Shown: positions 12,301 to 22,354 of the stretch, in pieces
Layout of the letters: each line of letters starts with the position of its first letter
How positions within the stretch are numbered: the stretch's first letter is position 1
Assembly (NCBI RefSeq): GCF_016432865.1
Contig: NC_067400.1
Span: 1,054,001 to 1,118,000, forward strand
Direction of reading: 5' to 3'
DNA length: 64,000 nucleotides
DNA from: Antechinus flavipes
Lineage: Eukaryota
Program-made: the position numbers and the translations under genes
The notes under the pieces: generated by a model
Told to the model about the DNA's origin: nothing
Databases searched by the model: none
The model's input: only the letters and a program-made list of their open reading frames with translations

Positions 12301-15300
12301 TCGGGGCTGGGCCCCTGGCCCCTCCGACGCCGGGCGCAGCGGATTCGCCGCCAGAAACGGGGCCTCATCTGCGCAGAAGGGACGAGGACAGGGAGGGAGC
12401 AGGCGGTGGAGGCCAGAGAGGCGCCCCAGCCGCGGGGGGCCGCCTTCCTCCCCCAGGGTGCCAGGGCCCACACAGGGGCCCCTCCTTCCAGCCAAGCTTC
12501 CTGAGCCACCAACCTCCCGGAGACGCCCGAGCCCGCTCCTCCCTATCTGGGTTTGGGGCTCAGCCCCTTCTTCTCCTGATTCTGGCCCAGTTCTCCTGCC
12601 CAACGTGGCCCCAGTGTCCATCCTGAGGAGATCCTGCCCTCTCACCGCTCCGGTGAGCCCCTCCCACACTGGAGAGCCCACCTATGGTACCCTGACCACC
12701 GGTCACTCAGCTCGGGGGGAGACCCTGACCACCGGTCACTCAGCTCGGGGGGAAACCCTGACCACCGGTCACTCAGCTCGGGGGGAGACCCTGACCACTG
12801 GTCACTCATCTCGGGGGAGACCCTGACCACCGGTCACTCAGCTCAGGGGGGACCACCGCCCTCGCCGCCTCCAGCCTCTTCCCGCCTGCCTATCGCTCAC
12901 GGCCCCTCCCTGGGAGCTCTGGGGCGTCGGTGGCCCAGCACTCACCTCCCAGGAGCCTCCTCACCACCGGCCGCCTGCCGGGCTGGGGCAGCTTCTCCTT
13001 TGCCACGGAGGGCTTCCTTTCCCTCACGGGCGACGCGCTGAACGACCTCTCCAAAGCCGCCGGGAAAGCCGGCGGGGACTGGCTTCGGGCTCCTGGGAAG
13101 CTCTTCTTCAGCTTTCCCAGGGACCGTTTCCTTTCCAGGAGGGACTCGAGCTCCTGCCAAGAAACATGAAATTCATCTTCCAGACCCTCGGGCCGCCCTC
13201 CAGGGGCCCAGAAATGGCGGCTCCTACGCGGGCCCCGGCAAGGGGGGTCCTCGGCCCACGCGGGACTGCTGCCCTCTGCGGGGAGGGTCCCGGCACTCCC
13301 GCTCCCAGCGCAGGCCCTTCCCCGCCGGACGCGGCCGTTTCCGAAGTCGAGAACGGGTCTCGGGACCCCAGCCCCCGCAGCGAGCATGTGATAGGAATTA
13401 TCTGCAGCCAACAGGAGCCCGGCTCCCAGGAGGCGCCTTTAAAAACCAAATGACTTTGCCCCGAAGGACAGCTCCTCGGTGGGGGGTCCCCGAGACCCCA
13501 ACGGGCCCGGGCCCTCGCGAGGGAGGTCCCCCCCACAGAGAACAAGCCGCGTGGGGCCCCACGTGACCCACGGCCTTCCGAGGCTGACACCGACCACTGC
13601 TGTCGGGGGGAGCCGGGCCGAGAACCACCCTCCGCACGGGCGGCGACCCGGCTTCCCCTCGCAGGCTCGGAATTGGCTCGTTGGGGGGGAGCATGGACAG
13701 CGAAGGGGAAAGGGGGGCCGAGGGCTTGGGGCCTTCTGTGCCCCCGGGCTCTGCCTCGCCCGACGGCCCGCAGACACCGCAGGTCACCAAGAAGGCTTCG
13801 TTAGGGAGAGACGCGGGAAGAAGCAAAGGGGGGCAGAGCGGGCGGGAGGAGAGCCCACGCGCCCCTTCGCCCCAGGGTGGGCACACGCAAGGCGCCGTTG
13901 CCCGCAGCAGCAGGCCAGCCGGGCGGGAGCGTTTCTGGACCACGACCGCGGCCGGGCTGCCCCCACGGAGCCTCTGCTCCCTCCGAGGGGCCTCGGGCGA
14001 CCTCGAGCCGCGCTCTGGGACCCGCCGCCGTACCTCGATCTGCTGCAGGAGGTCCACGACCACGTCCGGGACCGCGGGGTCGGCGTCCAGTCTGGCGGAG
14101 CAGAGGGAGAGCTGCCGGATCAGGCCGCCCAGCTCCCTGTAGCGCTCGGACACCGCCTGCTCCCTCGAGTCCGCGAACTGACTGACAAACATCTGCAGCG
14201 CCCGGATGGCTCCCCGCTGCGCGGCTCCCAGGCGGGACATCGCCCTGGACTGGAGGAAGCGGGACATGGGGGCTGAGGCGGCTTCCCCCGGGGCCCCGAT
14301 GGCCGACCCTCCCCCGGGGCCCCTACGGCCGAGCGCTTACCTTCCTGGTGTGCCTGATTCTGTGTGGACTCAACTTGTCCAGCTCCTCCTGGATCTCCTT
14401 TACCTGCGTGTTAGGGAATAAAAGAGTGACTGGGCAGAACGGGGGGCCCGGGGTCAGCGGTGACGGACAGGCCTGAGTGAGAGTGAGAGCGCGAGCAGGG
14501 CCTCCCACCGCAGGAGGGCAGGACTCGCACCCAGCCCAGCGGGGCTGCCCTTCGGTTCCCTCCCGTCCGGCAGCCCCGGAGCTCCACGTGCTCACACCCA
14601 CATCCCCGGGGGGGGCCCACAAGCATCAGGTCCCCCCAGATGCCCCCGCCCACCACAGGCTCCCTGGGAGACTGAGGTTTGAGCCCATCTTGCCCTTGGT
14701 TTGCATCATGTGACGCTGGAGCCTTTGGCTGGGGGGGCCTCCCCAGGGCAGGTGCTGGGCCTCTCGCCCGCCCCGCTGGGAGCGTCACTGCTGGCCAGGC
14801 CTGGGCCACGGGCTGGATCCGTCCCAGCGTCGGAAACCTCTACAAGGAAGCTTCCTACAAGGGAGCTCGGGCCCCTCCCCCGCAGGCCCCCTCCCCATTG
14901 CCTCTGCCACAGCCCCTCCCTCCCAGAAGGCAGGGCCCTCCCTCGGGCTGCGGCGGCCTCGTGCTCTCCACCCCAGGGGGCCGGGCCAGTTCCTGCGGGG
15001 GGTCCCCTCCAGCTCTCAGCTGCCTCCACCACCGAGCTTCTGCGGGGCCCAGCTCTCGGCGGGAGGTGGCCGGGCTTGGGGGATGGGAAGGGACACAAAG
15101 GACCCCAAGTGCTCCAGAAGCCAGGAGCCAAGCCAGTGATCACTTGCAAAAACCCAGCTCTCTGGGGAACAAAGCGGGGTCCGGCCAACTCCCTGGGAGG
15201 CTTCTGTCGCTAACCGGAGCCTCGGCGACGGGTGCCCCCAGGGCCCCCCATCCTGGATCCGAGGGCCCGAGCAGCCCATGAAGAAACTGGCCAGGGCCCT

Positions 15301-18300
15301 TTCCGAGGGGAGGCTGCACGCCTGCGAGAGCAGAAGCCCGGAGGACACGGGCCTGCTGGGGCGACTCCTGCTCCGGGCACCGCGGCCCTCTGGGCTCCGG
15401 CCAAGGGACTCGCTGCAGCCTCTCCGAGCGCCCCGGCCTGCAGACCCACCCACGGAACCTCCTCTCGCGCGAGCCCAGGACGCAGAGCCGTCGGGGAGGG
15501 AGACCCCCCGGGCCCCACCTGCTGCTGCAGCGCGTAGAGCGTGCGCCCGGTGCGCACGGCCTGCTCCTGCCTCCGCACGCGGCTTCGCTCGGCCTCCTCC
15601 GGATCCAGGCCCTGCTCCGGTCTGTCTGAAAGGAGACGTTCCCCGGCAGAATGAGAGGCGGCTGCCCAGGGCTCCAGAACCTCTGGCCGGACCCCAGATT
15701 GTGAGGCCGTCCCGCCAGGGTTCCGTCCCAGTGCTGGCAGGAGGCGGCCGCGGGCCGGCTGCTCCCGGGACATCCCCACCTCCGCCCAGGGTCGAGCGCG
15801 GGCCTCTCCCCTGGTCACGGGCCTGCCAACCTCCGGGAGGGGTATCCCAGCCAGAAGAGCCGGGGGGAGGGGGCTCCGGGGCACATCCATCATCAAGAAC
15901 CCCTCGGGGGGCCCTGACCACTTTGGGATCGCTCACTTTGACTCCCCCCCTTATCCAAGGGCGCGGGGATGATTTCCCAAGGGGGAGAAAAGCCGGGAGG
16001 GGGGAAGCCCCTCCCTCACCGTTGGCGCCCAGGCCGTCGATCCTCTGCAGGCAAGCGCTCAGCTCCCTCTGCAGCCGCCGGAGCTCCAGCAGGCTCTGTG
16101 ACGGCGCCGCCTGCGGCTGCCCGCGGGGCTGAGGGCCCGGGTCCCGCGTTGGGGGGGAGTGGGACCGAGGGCCCCGCGAGAGGTAGACTTTGGCCCTGGG
16201 GCCGGCTGTCTCCAGCCGGGAGGAGCGCTGCTTGGCCGGGAGGCCCCGAGACTTCTTGGTCAGCTCACTCCTGCCCGGGCTGGACTTGGGGGGCCCCCGG
16301 GGCTGCCCGTGGGGGACACGGCCCAGAACCTCTTGCAGCTGTTTCTTCTTGACGTCTCTTTTTGCCAAGTGGATGGCCAGGTTGAGCTTTTCTTCAGACA
16401 CGACGGAAAAGGGGACCCAAGGCTGGCGGCCGGGCCCCTCCGGGAGCCCCGGGGTGCTGGCTCTGCCGGGGGCCCTCAGCTTCTCTATGACGATGGGCCG
16501 GGGCCCCGAGTAGCGGATGGCCAGGTTGGCGGGCAGCGAAGGCACATCCTTGTTGAACTGCAGCTGGGGGAAGGGAGAGAGAACAGGGTCATGGGGGGAA
16601 GGGGTGCACGTGTGCGACTGCTCTGGGAACTGCACTCTCCGTGCACGCACCTCTGCATCTGCGTGCTCGCATCTGCCCTGGAAGGGCACACCTGCCCCTG
16701 TGTACACACGTGTCCCGTGGGTGAGCGTGTGCACGTGTGGCTCGCTCGTGTTTATCCCGGAAGGGCACACGTGTCCATGTGTACACACGTGTCCCATATC
16801 CCCACATGTACACACATGTCCCGTATCCCCGCGTGTACCCACGTGTCTCGTATCCCCATATGTACACATGTCCCGTATCCCCATGTGTACACACGTGTCC
16901 CGTATCCCCATATGTACACACATGTGTCCCGTATCCCCATGTGTACACACGTGTGTCCCGTATCCCCATATGTACACACATGTGTCCCGTATCCCCATGT
17001 GTACACACGTGTGTCCCGTATCCCCATATGTACACACGTGTCCCGTATCCCCACATGTACACGTGTGTCCCGTATCCCCGCGTGAGCGTGTGCACGGGTG
17101 GTGCGCTCGTGTTTATCCTGGAAGGGCACATGTGTCTGTGTGTACACACGTGTCCCATATCCCCACATGTACACACATGTCCCGTATCCCCGCGTGTACC
17201 CACGTGTCTCGTATCCCCATATGTACACATGTCCCGTATCCCCACATGTACATGTGTGTCCCATATCCCCACGTGTACACGTGTCCCATATCCCCATATG
17301 TACACGTGTCCCGTATCCCCATATGTACACACGTGTCCCGTATCCCCGTGTGTGAGCATGTACACGTGTGGCTCACTCGTGTTTATCCTGGAAGGGCACA
17401 CGTGTCCATGTGTACACATGTGTCCCGTATCACCATATATACACGTGTCCCGTATCCCCACATGTACACATGTGTCCCGTATCACCATATATACACGTGT
17501 CCCGTATCCCCACATGTACACATGTGTCCCGTATCACCATATATACACGTGTCCCGTATCCCCACATGTACACATGTGTCCCGTATCCCCATATGTACAC
17601 GTGTGTCCCGTATCCCCACATGTACACATGTGTCCCGTATCCCCACATGTACACGTGTGTCCCGTATCCCCGCGTGTACACACGTGTCCCGTATCCCCGC
17701 GTGAGCGTGTGCACATGTGGCTCGCTCGTGTTTATCCCGGAAGGGCACGCCTGCCTGTGCACACGCACGTGTCCCGTATCCCCGTGTACGTATCTGTGCT
17801 CACGGGCACTGCGTGTCTGCGCTTGGGCTGGAAGGGCCCGTGTGTGCATGTGCCTTGTATGGCTGTGTGATGCACGCGTATGAATTGCAGGTGTGCCCCC
17901 ATGTATGCGTGGGCACATGCGTGTGGTTTGTGGTGCGCGCCCGCAGGCGTGTTTGCATGACGTGCCCCTTGTGCATTGCAGCGTGCGTCCCCACAGTTTG
18001 CATCGTGCCCTGTCACACGTGAGCGCCTGCATGTGTCGGCACCGGGCACGCCCACTCGCCTGTGTGCACCCGCGTGCCCGGATGGCCGCGCTTGCACGGA
18101 TGCCCTCTGCGGCCCGCGCCGTGTGCACACAGGTTCCGCTGCGTGCAGCTGCAGTGACTGAAGGGCACTCTGTGGGGGAGGGGACGGTGGGCCGGGCCCG
18201 CCTGACCTGGCTCCTCCCCCGGGGGGACGCGGAGAGGGGGGTCCTCTCCCAGGGTCCCCGGAGGCTGGCCCAGGCGGGCACACAGTCGGGGCTTCCTACA

Positions 18301-18456
18301 CGCTTAGGGGCTGGGGGTGGGAGGAGGCGTGGCCAGAGACCCCCCCCCGCCCCCGGGACCCCACGGGGTCTCCACAAGGCTCCTTGGAGCCTCCCAGTTT
18401 CTCCCGGGTGGCACACGGGGAGGCAGTACCTGGGTGGGCAGGTTGCTGGGACCCAT
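308..18456 (-). CDS. KIAA0753: KIAA0753 (moonraker/OFIP centriolar satellite protein), multi-exon, 3'-partial. Coding exons: 18430-18456, 16020-16563, 15519-15625, 14341-14403, 14034-14249, 12946-13153, 12157-12368, 10120-10289, 9069-9188, 8610-8699, 5929-6007, 4886-4960, 3319-(3489 or 3450, acceptor uncertain), 1372-1453, 612-732, 308-532. Last exon lies left of the window
   Basis: Exon translations match recalled human KIAA0753: [139 protein letters not shown]. All junctions are GT-AG with continuous phase. Start assigned to gccgacATGG (MGPSNLPTQ) by similarity to human MGP- (inference). Confidence 0.93.
1500..3090. repeat. (CAGA)n-derived minisatellite, cggtcacacagacagacag units
   Basis: Directly visible; explains the long low-complexity ORFs 1451-3232 and neighbours. 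Confidence 0.95.
3780..4760. repeat. ~1 kb polypurine G-rich repeat (ggagggggagat-type units)
   Basis: Almost only G/A, with T mainly in gat. Confidence 0.95.
6545..8110. repeat. TG-rich satellite, ~106-bp unit built from GTGTTAGAAA-anchored subunits
   Basis: caagtgtgagtgagcatgag recurs at 7341 and 7447 (106 bp apart); about 15 copies. Confidence 0.93.
8235..8585. repeat. C/T-rich polypyrimidine repeat (ccccgccccttccccacccctttt units)
   Basis: Directly visible; immediately intronic of exon 8610-8699. Confidence 0.88.
9262..9950. repeat. Minisatellite with two interspersed ~50/54-bp unit variants
   Basis: Shared core gggggccgtccatcccagagagcccc followed by either aaaggagctgcatgggcagtga or acaggacatgctgcgaggcagtaaaa. 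Confidence 0.92.
11598..11775. repeat. G-rich ~19-bp minisatellite (gggcagggagccccggggg)
   Basis: About 8-9 visible copies. Confidence 0.88.
12690..12850. repeat. 33-bp tandem repeat x5 (ccctgaccaccggtcactcagctcggggggaga)
   Basis: Directly visible; the ORF track shows 11-aa periodicity [11 protein letters not shown]. Confidence 0.93.
16690..17790. repeat. ~27-30-bp minisatellite (tgtacacacgtgtcccgtatccccata) with higher-order structure
   Basis: Monomers interrupted four times by a ~55-bp block (gtgagcgtgtgcac..gtgtttatcccggaagggcac) at ~16722, 17082, 17352 and 17701. Confidence 0.93.
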
Positions 18457-18569
18457 GTCGGCCCTGAGGGGCCCGAGCTGGACAAAAGCGTGGAGGCGGG
18501 AGGTCGGCTTCCTCCAGGCAGGTTTCCCGGTCCGCTGCCTCCCGCCTCCGGCTTCCCCGCCCGGTCCTC

Positions 18570-18800
18570 GGCCCACACTTCCGGCCGCGCAGCTCGTTAC
18601 CAGGACGACGGCGCAGGCGCCGCCGGAAAGCCGTTCCGAGAAGGCCGGAGACGGCGGACGGGAGCCGAGAAGGGCCAGACCTTTGGCCGGAGGACTGCAC
18701 TGACTGCGCATGAGCAGCGACTGCGCATGAGCAGCGACTGCGCCAAAGATTTCCGGCTTCTAGGGCGGTGCTGGGCGGAGAGAGGGGCCCCGGAAGTGGC
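18570..18800. promoter_or_regulatory. Bidirectional CpG-island promoter of KIAA0753/TXNDC17 with ETS/GABP and NRF1-like sites
   Basis: ACTTCCGG 18577-18584, ATTTCCGG 18749-18756, CCGGAAGT 18790-18797; TGCGCATGAGCA twice within 18702-18735; probable KIAA0753 exon-1 donor CTG|GTAACG at 18600; lies between divergent start codons. Confidence 0.75.
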
Positions 18801-18884
18801 TGTTGCCCCGCCCCCCACGTGGATGCCCCGCCCCGGCCAGAGATCATCCAGGTGCGGCCAGGGGAGCCAGACTTGGAGCCCGGG

Positions 18885-19989
18885 ATGGAGCCCGCTTCGC
18901 AGCCCGCTTCGGAGCCTGGCATGGAACCCGCCTCGGAGCCCGCCGCAAAGCCCGCCTCGAAGGCCGCCTCGGAGCCCGCCTGGAGCCACTTCGAGGAGGT
19001 GCGCGTATCGGGATTCGGCGACTTCAGCGGGGCAGTGGAACAGCGCCGGGGCAAGACCATCTTCGTCTACTTCACGGGCGACAAGGACGCCGAGGGCCGC
19101 AGCTGGTGCCCGGACTGCGAGGAGGGTGAGCCGGGGGAAACTGAGGCACGGGGGGCAGCGGGCGGGCGAGCGGGCCGGCGCTTCCGGGCGGGCCAGTGAC
19201 CTCTCCCTCCCTCCGTCCCCGCGCAGCCGAGCCTGTGGTCCTGGAGGGCCGCAAACACATCCCCGAGAACGCCGTGTTCATCTACTGCCAAGTTGGGGAC
19301 CGGCCCTAGTAAGTGCTTTCCAGAGATCGGGAGGGTGGGGGGCATGGGGAAAGGGGGACCAGGGGTTCCCCGGAGGTCGGAGGGGCGGGAGGCTGAAGGG
19401 GAATCAGATGCTCCCTGGAGGCTGGGAGGGGACCGCCAGGGAAGGTGGACGGAGCAGATGTTCCCTGGAGGCTGGGCTGGGGACGGATAGCCAGAAAGGG
19501 GGAGGGGGCCGATGCTCGCTAGAGGGGAAGAGGGGGAGCTGAGGGCGAGGACCGCCGGGGAAGTGGGGGTTGGTCCAAAGCTTGCTGAGGGGGAGGGCAC
19601 CGAGGAAGAGGTGGGTGGGGGAGAAATCAGGGCCCTAGCGCCTACGGGCTGCGCTCTTTGTCCAATAGCTGGAAAGATCTCAACAATGACTTCAGGAAGA
19701 AGCTGAAGTTAACCGCAGTGCCGACCCTGCTCAAGTATGGGACGGTGAGTCAGGTGCCCCTCTGCTGCCCTCTCCCTCCCAGCTCTTCCTCTTCCCCCGG
19801 GCCTGGGTGGGGGAAGGGCGGGGCCTTTGGAGAAGTGCCCTGGGGAGCCCAGTCTCTGATTGACCGGCTCCCGCCAGTTTCGGGAGGGGGAGGCTTGGCT
19901 GACTCCGGCTTCTCTCTCAGCCCCAGAAGCTGGTGGAGTCGGAGTGTCTGAATGCCAGTCTGGTGGAGATGTTGTTCTCCGAAGATTAG
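18885..19989 (+). CDS. TXNDC17: Thioredoxin domain-containing protein 17 (TRP14). Exons 18885-19125, 19227-19308, 19669-19744, 19921-19989; 155 aa (143 aa if started at ATG 18921)
   Basis: [100 protein letters not shown] active site intact; GT-AG junctions in phase. Confidence 0.96.
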
Positions 19990-20148
19990 AGAAGCCGGCG
20001 GCAGCCCGGATGTCTGGATTATAAAGGAACCTCGTGATCGATTGTGTGATAGTCACAGTAGCGAAAATAATGTTTAGAGAGCTAATGAATGTTCTGCAAA
20101 TCACCCTTTATAAATGGTGGAAGGGCTTCCTTCTAATAGACGGTTCTC

Positions 20149-20154
20149 TTTATT
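20149..20154 (-). terminator. Probable MED31 polyadenylation signal AATAAA
   Basis: TTTATT on the plus strand ~270 nt past the MED31 stop. Confidence 0.6.
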
Positions 20155-20355
20155 CCTGCCACAGTGGGAACCAGAGACCCCCTTCTCCGCTCTCCCCCCA
20201 GCCTGAGGAGAAGCGGGGCAAGAGACATCTTCCACTAGTGCTGTAGGGGCTGGGGGTCCTTGGACCTCTCCCCTGGTGGGCCGAAGGCCCACCCAGATCA
20301 TACAGACTCCGGCACCCATTGAGCTTTTCTGCCAAAGAACTTTACTGGAAATTAT

Positions 20356-20361
20356 AATAAA
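20356..20361 (+). terminator. Probable TXNDC17 polyadenylation signal AATAAA
   Basis: Only canonical plus-strand AATAAA I found between the TXNDC17 stop and the MED31 stop. Confidence 0.55.
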
Positions 20362-20421
20362 GAAGCCGCCAGGTGGTTTGGACAAAGTCATTGAGTGGCC
20401 AGTGTGGGCCAGGAGCTCCCC

Positions 20422-22354
20422 TCACTTTCCAGCAGAGGAGGCGCTGCTGCTGTTCTGCTGTGGCTGCTGCTGCTGCTGCTCTGCCAGGGCTTGCTGCAGC
20501 CGCATCCGCTTTCGAGAGTAGTGCTGCCAGTGCAGGATCTGCTGTTCGTCGATGAACTTGGCACACTGGGCATTCACCAGCTCCTTCCGGAAGTGCTCAT
20601 ACTGCAGCAGTTCTAGCATGTGCAGGCACTGGGGGTACCTGGAGAGGGGTGACAGCCCAGCACTTGGGTCTTTGGCCACAAGAGAGCTGAACCCACTGCA
20701 CCCCCCCCTATCCTTCCCTCATCTCTCTGGGGGGGGGGGGGGCTTGTTTCTCTCCCCTAATTTTTACTTCCCCCTGGGGGACAGTTAAATGCTTGCTGGG
20801 TCCCCTTTACATGCCATTTCAGGACAGTGACTAGAAACCATTTTCCTCAAACCATTCAAAGTGGATATGCTAGGGGGTGACAAACTGTTCCCTGGGAGCA
20901 GGAGAGGAGAGGGGTGGGAAGGCCCCTGGGAGGAGCTGGGAGCCAAGGTTTATTCCATGGGGCTGAGAAGGGAGAATGTTCCGAGTATGGGAAGCAGCTT
21001 GGATAAGGGAAGAGAAAGAAAGGACCAGCCAAGACCTGCTGGGGGCCAAGAGTTAAGTATCACAATTGATGCTTCATGGCAGAGATGGGAGCTGGGGGAG
21101 AGGGGCTGTTCTTATCCCCCTCAGATAGACAGCTGAAGAAATGGGACGCCTGGTGAAGTGTCTGGCTTGGGGGGAGGGGGAGCAGCTAGGAAATGGCCAC
21201 ATTTGAACTCGGCCTTGCTGCCTCCTGAGTTAGGGTAACGTAGGAGGGCCCCTCGGTCAGCCTTCCACCTGGGCTTGGGGGCCAGCTTGGTCAGCTGGGC
21301 TCCTTCTGAGGCAGAATCAGCCTCTGGATTGGGGAGAGGACTTACTTCAGGTACTTGGCGTAGTCTGGCTCTTTCCAGTAGAGCAGGTACTTCAGATAAT
21401 TGACGAAGGCCTTGTCCTTAAAGTACCCTCTTTGGGCAAGGACTGGAAGGCAAGCAAAGGAGGCGTTCTCAGAGGCTCCCCCAGAGCTGGGAGAAACCCT
21501 CCGAGGGGCTGGGGGTTTGTCCAGCTGGGCCTCCCCACTCAGTCTTTAAAGGTAAAAGGGACGATAGGACGGACACAGGAGGGGAGGGAGAGAGGAATGA
21601 GCACAAGTCAAAGGGAGAGGCAAGCTCCAGGAGGGGAAAGAAAAGTGAGCACAACAGGTCAAAGGGAGGCAAGCTGGACACGGGGGGGAGGGGGAGAGAA
21701 GTGAGCACAACAGGTCAAAGGGAGGCAAGACGGCCACAGGAGTGGAAGGAGAGAGAAGTGAACACGAATAGGTCAAAGAGAGGCACACAGGACTCATGGA
21801 CTGCGGCAGCCGCTCGGATAGCTCCGAAGTTGGGCTCAGAGGAAGGGCGTCCTGGGTGTCCGGCACTTAGGTGAAGATACAAAGGGGCATTTCCGCAGAG
21901 CTGGCACCCTAGTGCTAAGAAAGGCGGCCCCGAGAACACCAGCCGCTCCACCATGGTTGCAAAGTCTCTAAAACATTCTCGGGCAGCAGACTCAGTTTCC
22001 CCCTTCCTGCTAGGTCAGGTAACCTTTGTTCTTGACTCGGCAAAGACCAGCCCCAGTGTAAGAGACGGCTCGGCGCCTCTCGCCCACAGCCCCGCCCCGC
22101 AGTGCGTGGGGTCCTGGGAGACTCACAGTTCAGGTAGTTGGGGTTAGCCAGGCACTGCACGAACTCGAGCTCCAGCTGGAAGCGCAGCCGGTTCCCGGCG
22201 TCGTCTGCGGAAGACAGGCGAGTTCAGCCCGCGCGACCGCCCAGCCCAGCCTCGGTCTCCCTGCCGCGAAATGGGCCACCGGGAACTCCCACCCTCCCTC
22301 ACTCCCCCTCAGCCTCGAACCGGCCAGGAGCGTGCACTCACCCGAGGTATCCAT
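20422..22354 (-). CDS. MED31: Mediator subunit 31. Exons 22342-22354, 22127-22204, 21346-21442, 20422-20638; 134 aa
   Basis: MDTSDDAGNRLRFQLELEFVQCLANPNYLNFLAQRGYFKDKAFVNYLKYLLYWKEPDYAKYLKYPQCLHMLELLQYEHFRKELVNAQCAKFIDEQQILHWQHYSRKRMRLQQALAEQQ, near-identical to human MED31; canonical splice sites. Confidence 0.97.
21595..21790. repeat. Diverged ~55-60-bp tandem repeat x4 in MED31 intron 2
   Basis: gtgagcacaacaggtcaaagggaggcaag recurs. Confidence 0.75.

Noticed and set aside
15016-17037. 673-aa ORF as a standalone gene
   Set aside because: Only 16020-16563 is coding (KIAA0753 exon 3); the rest is repeat and GC-rich intron read-through.
16690-17790. Repeat-spacer pattern resembling a CRISPR array
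   Set aside because: Eukaryotic intron, the intervening segments are themselves tandem monomers, and there are no cas genes.
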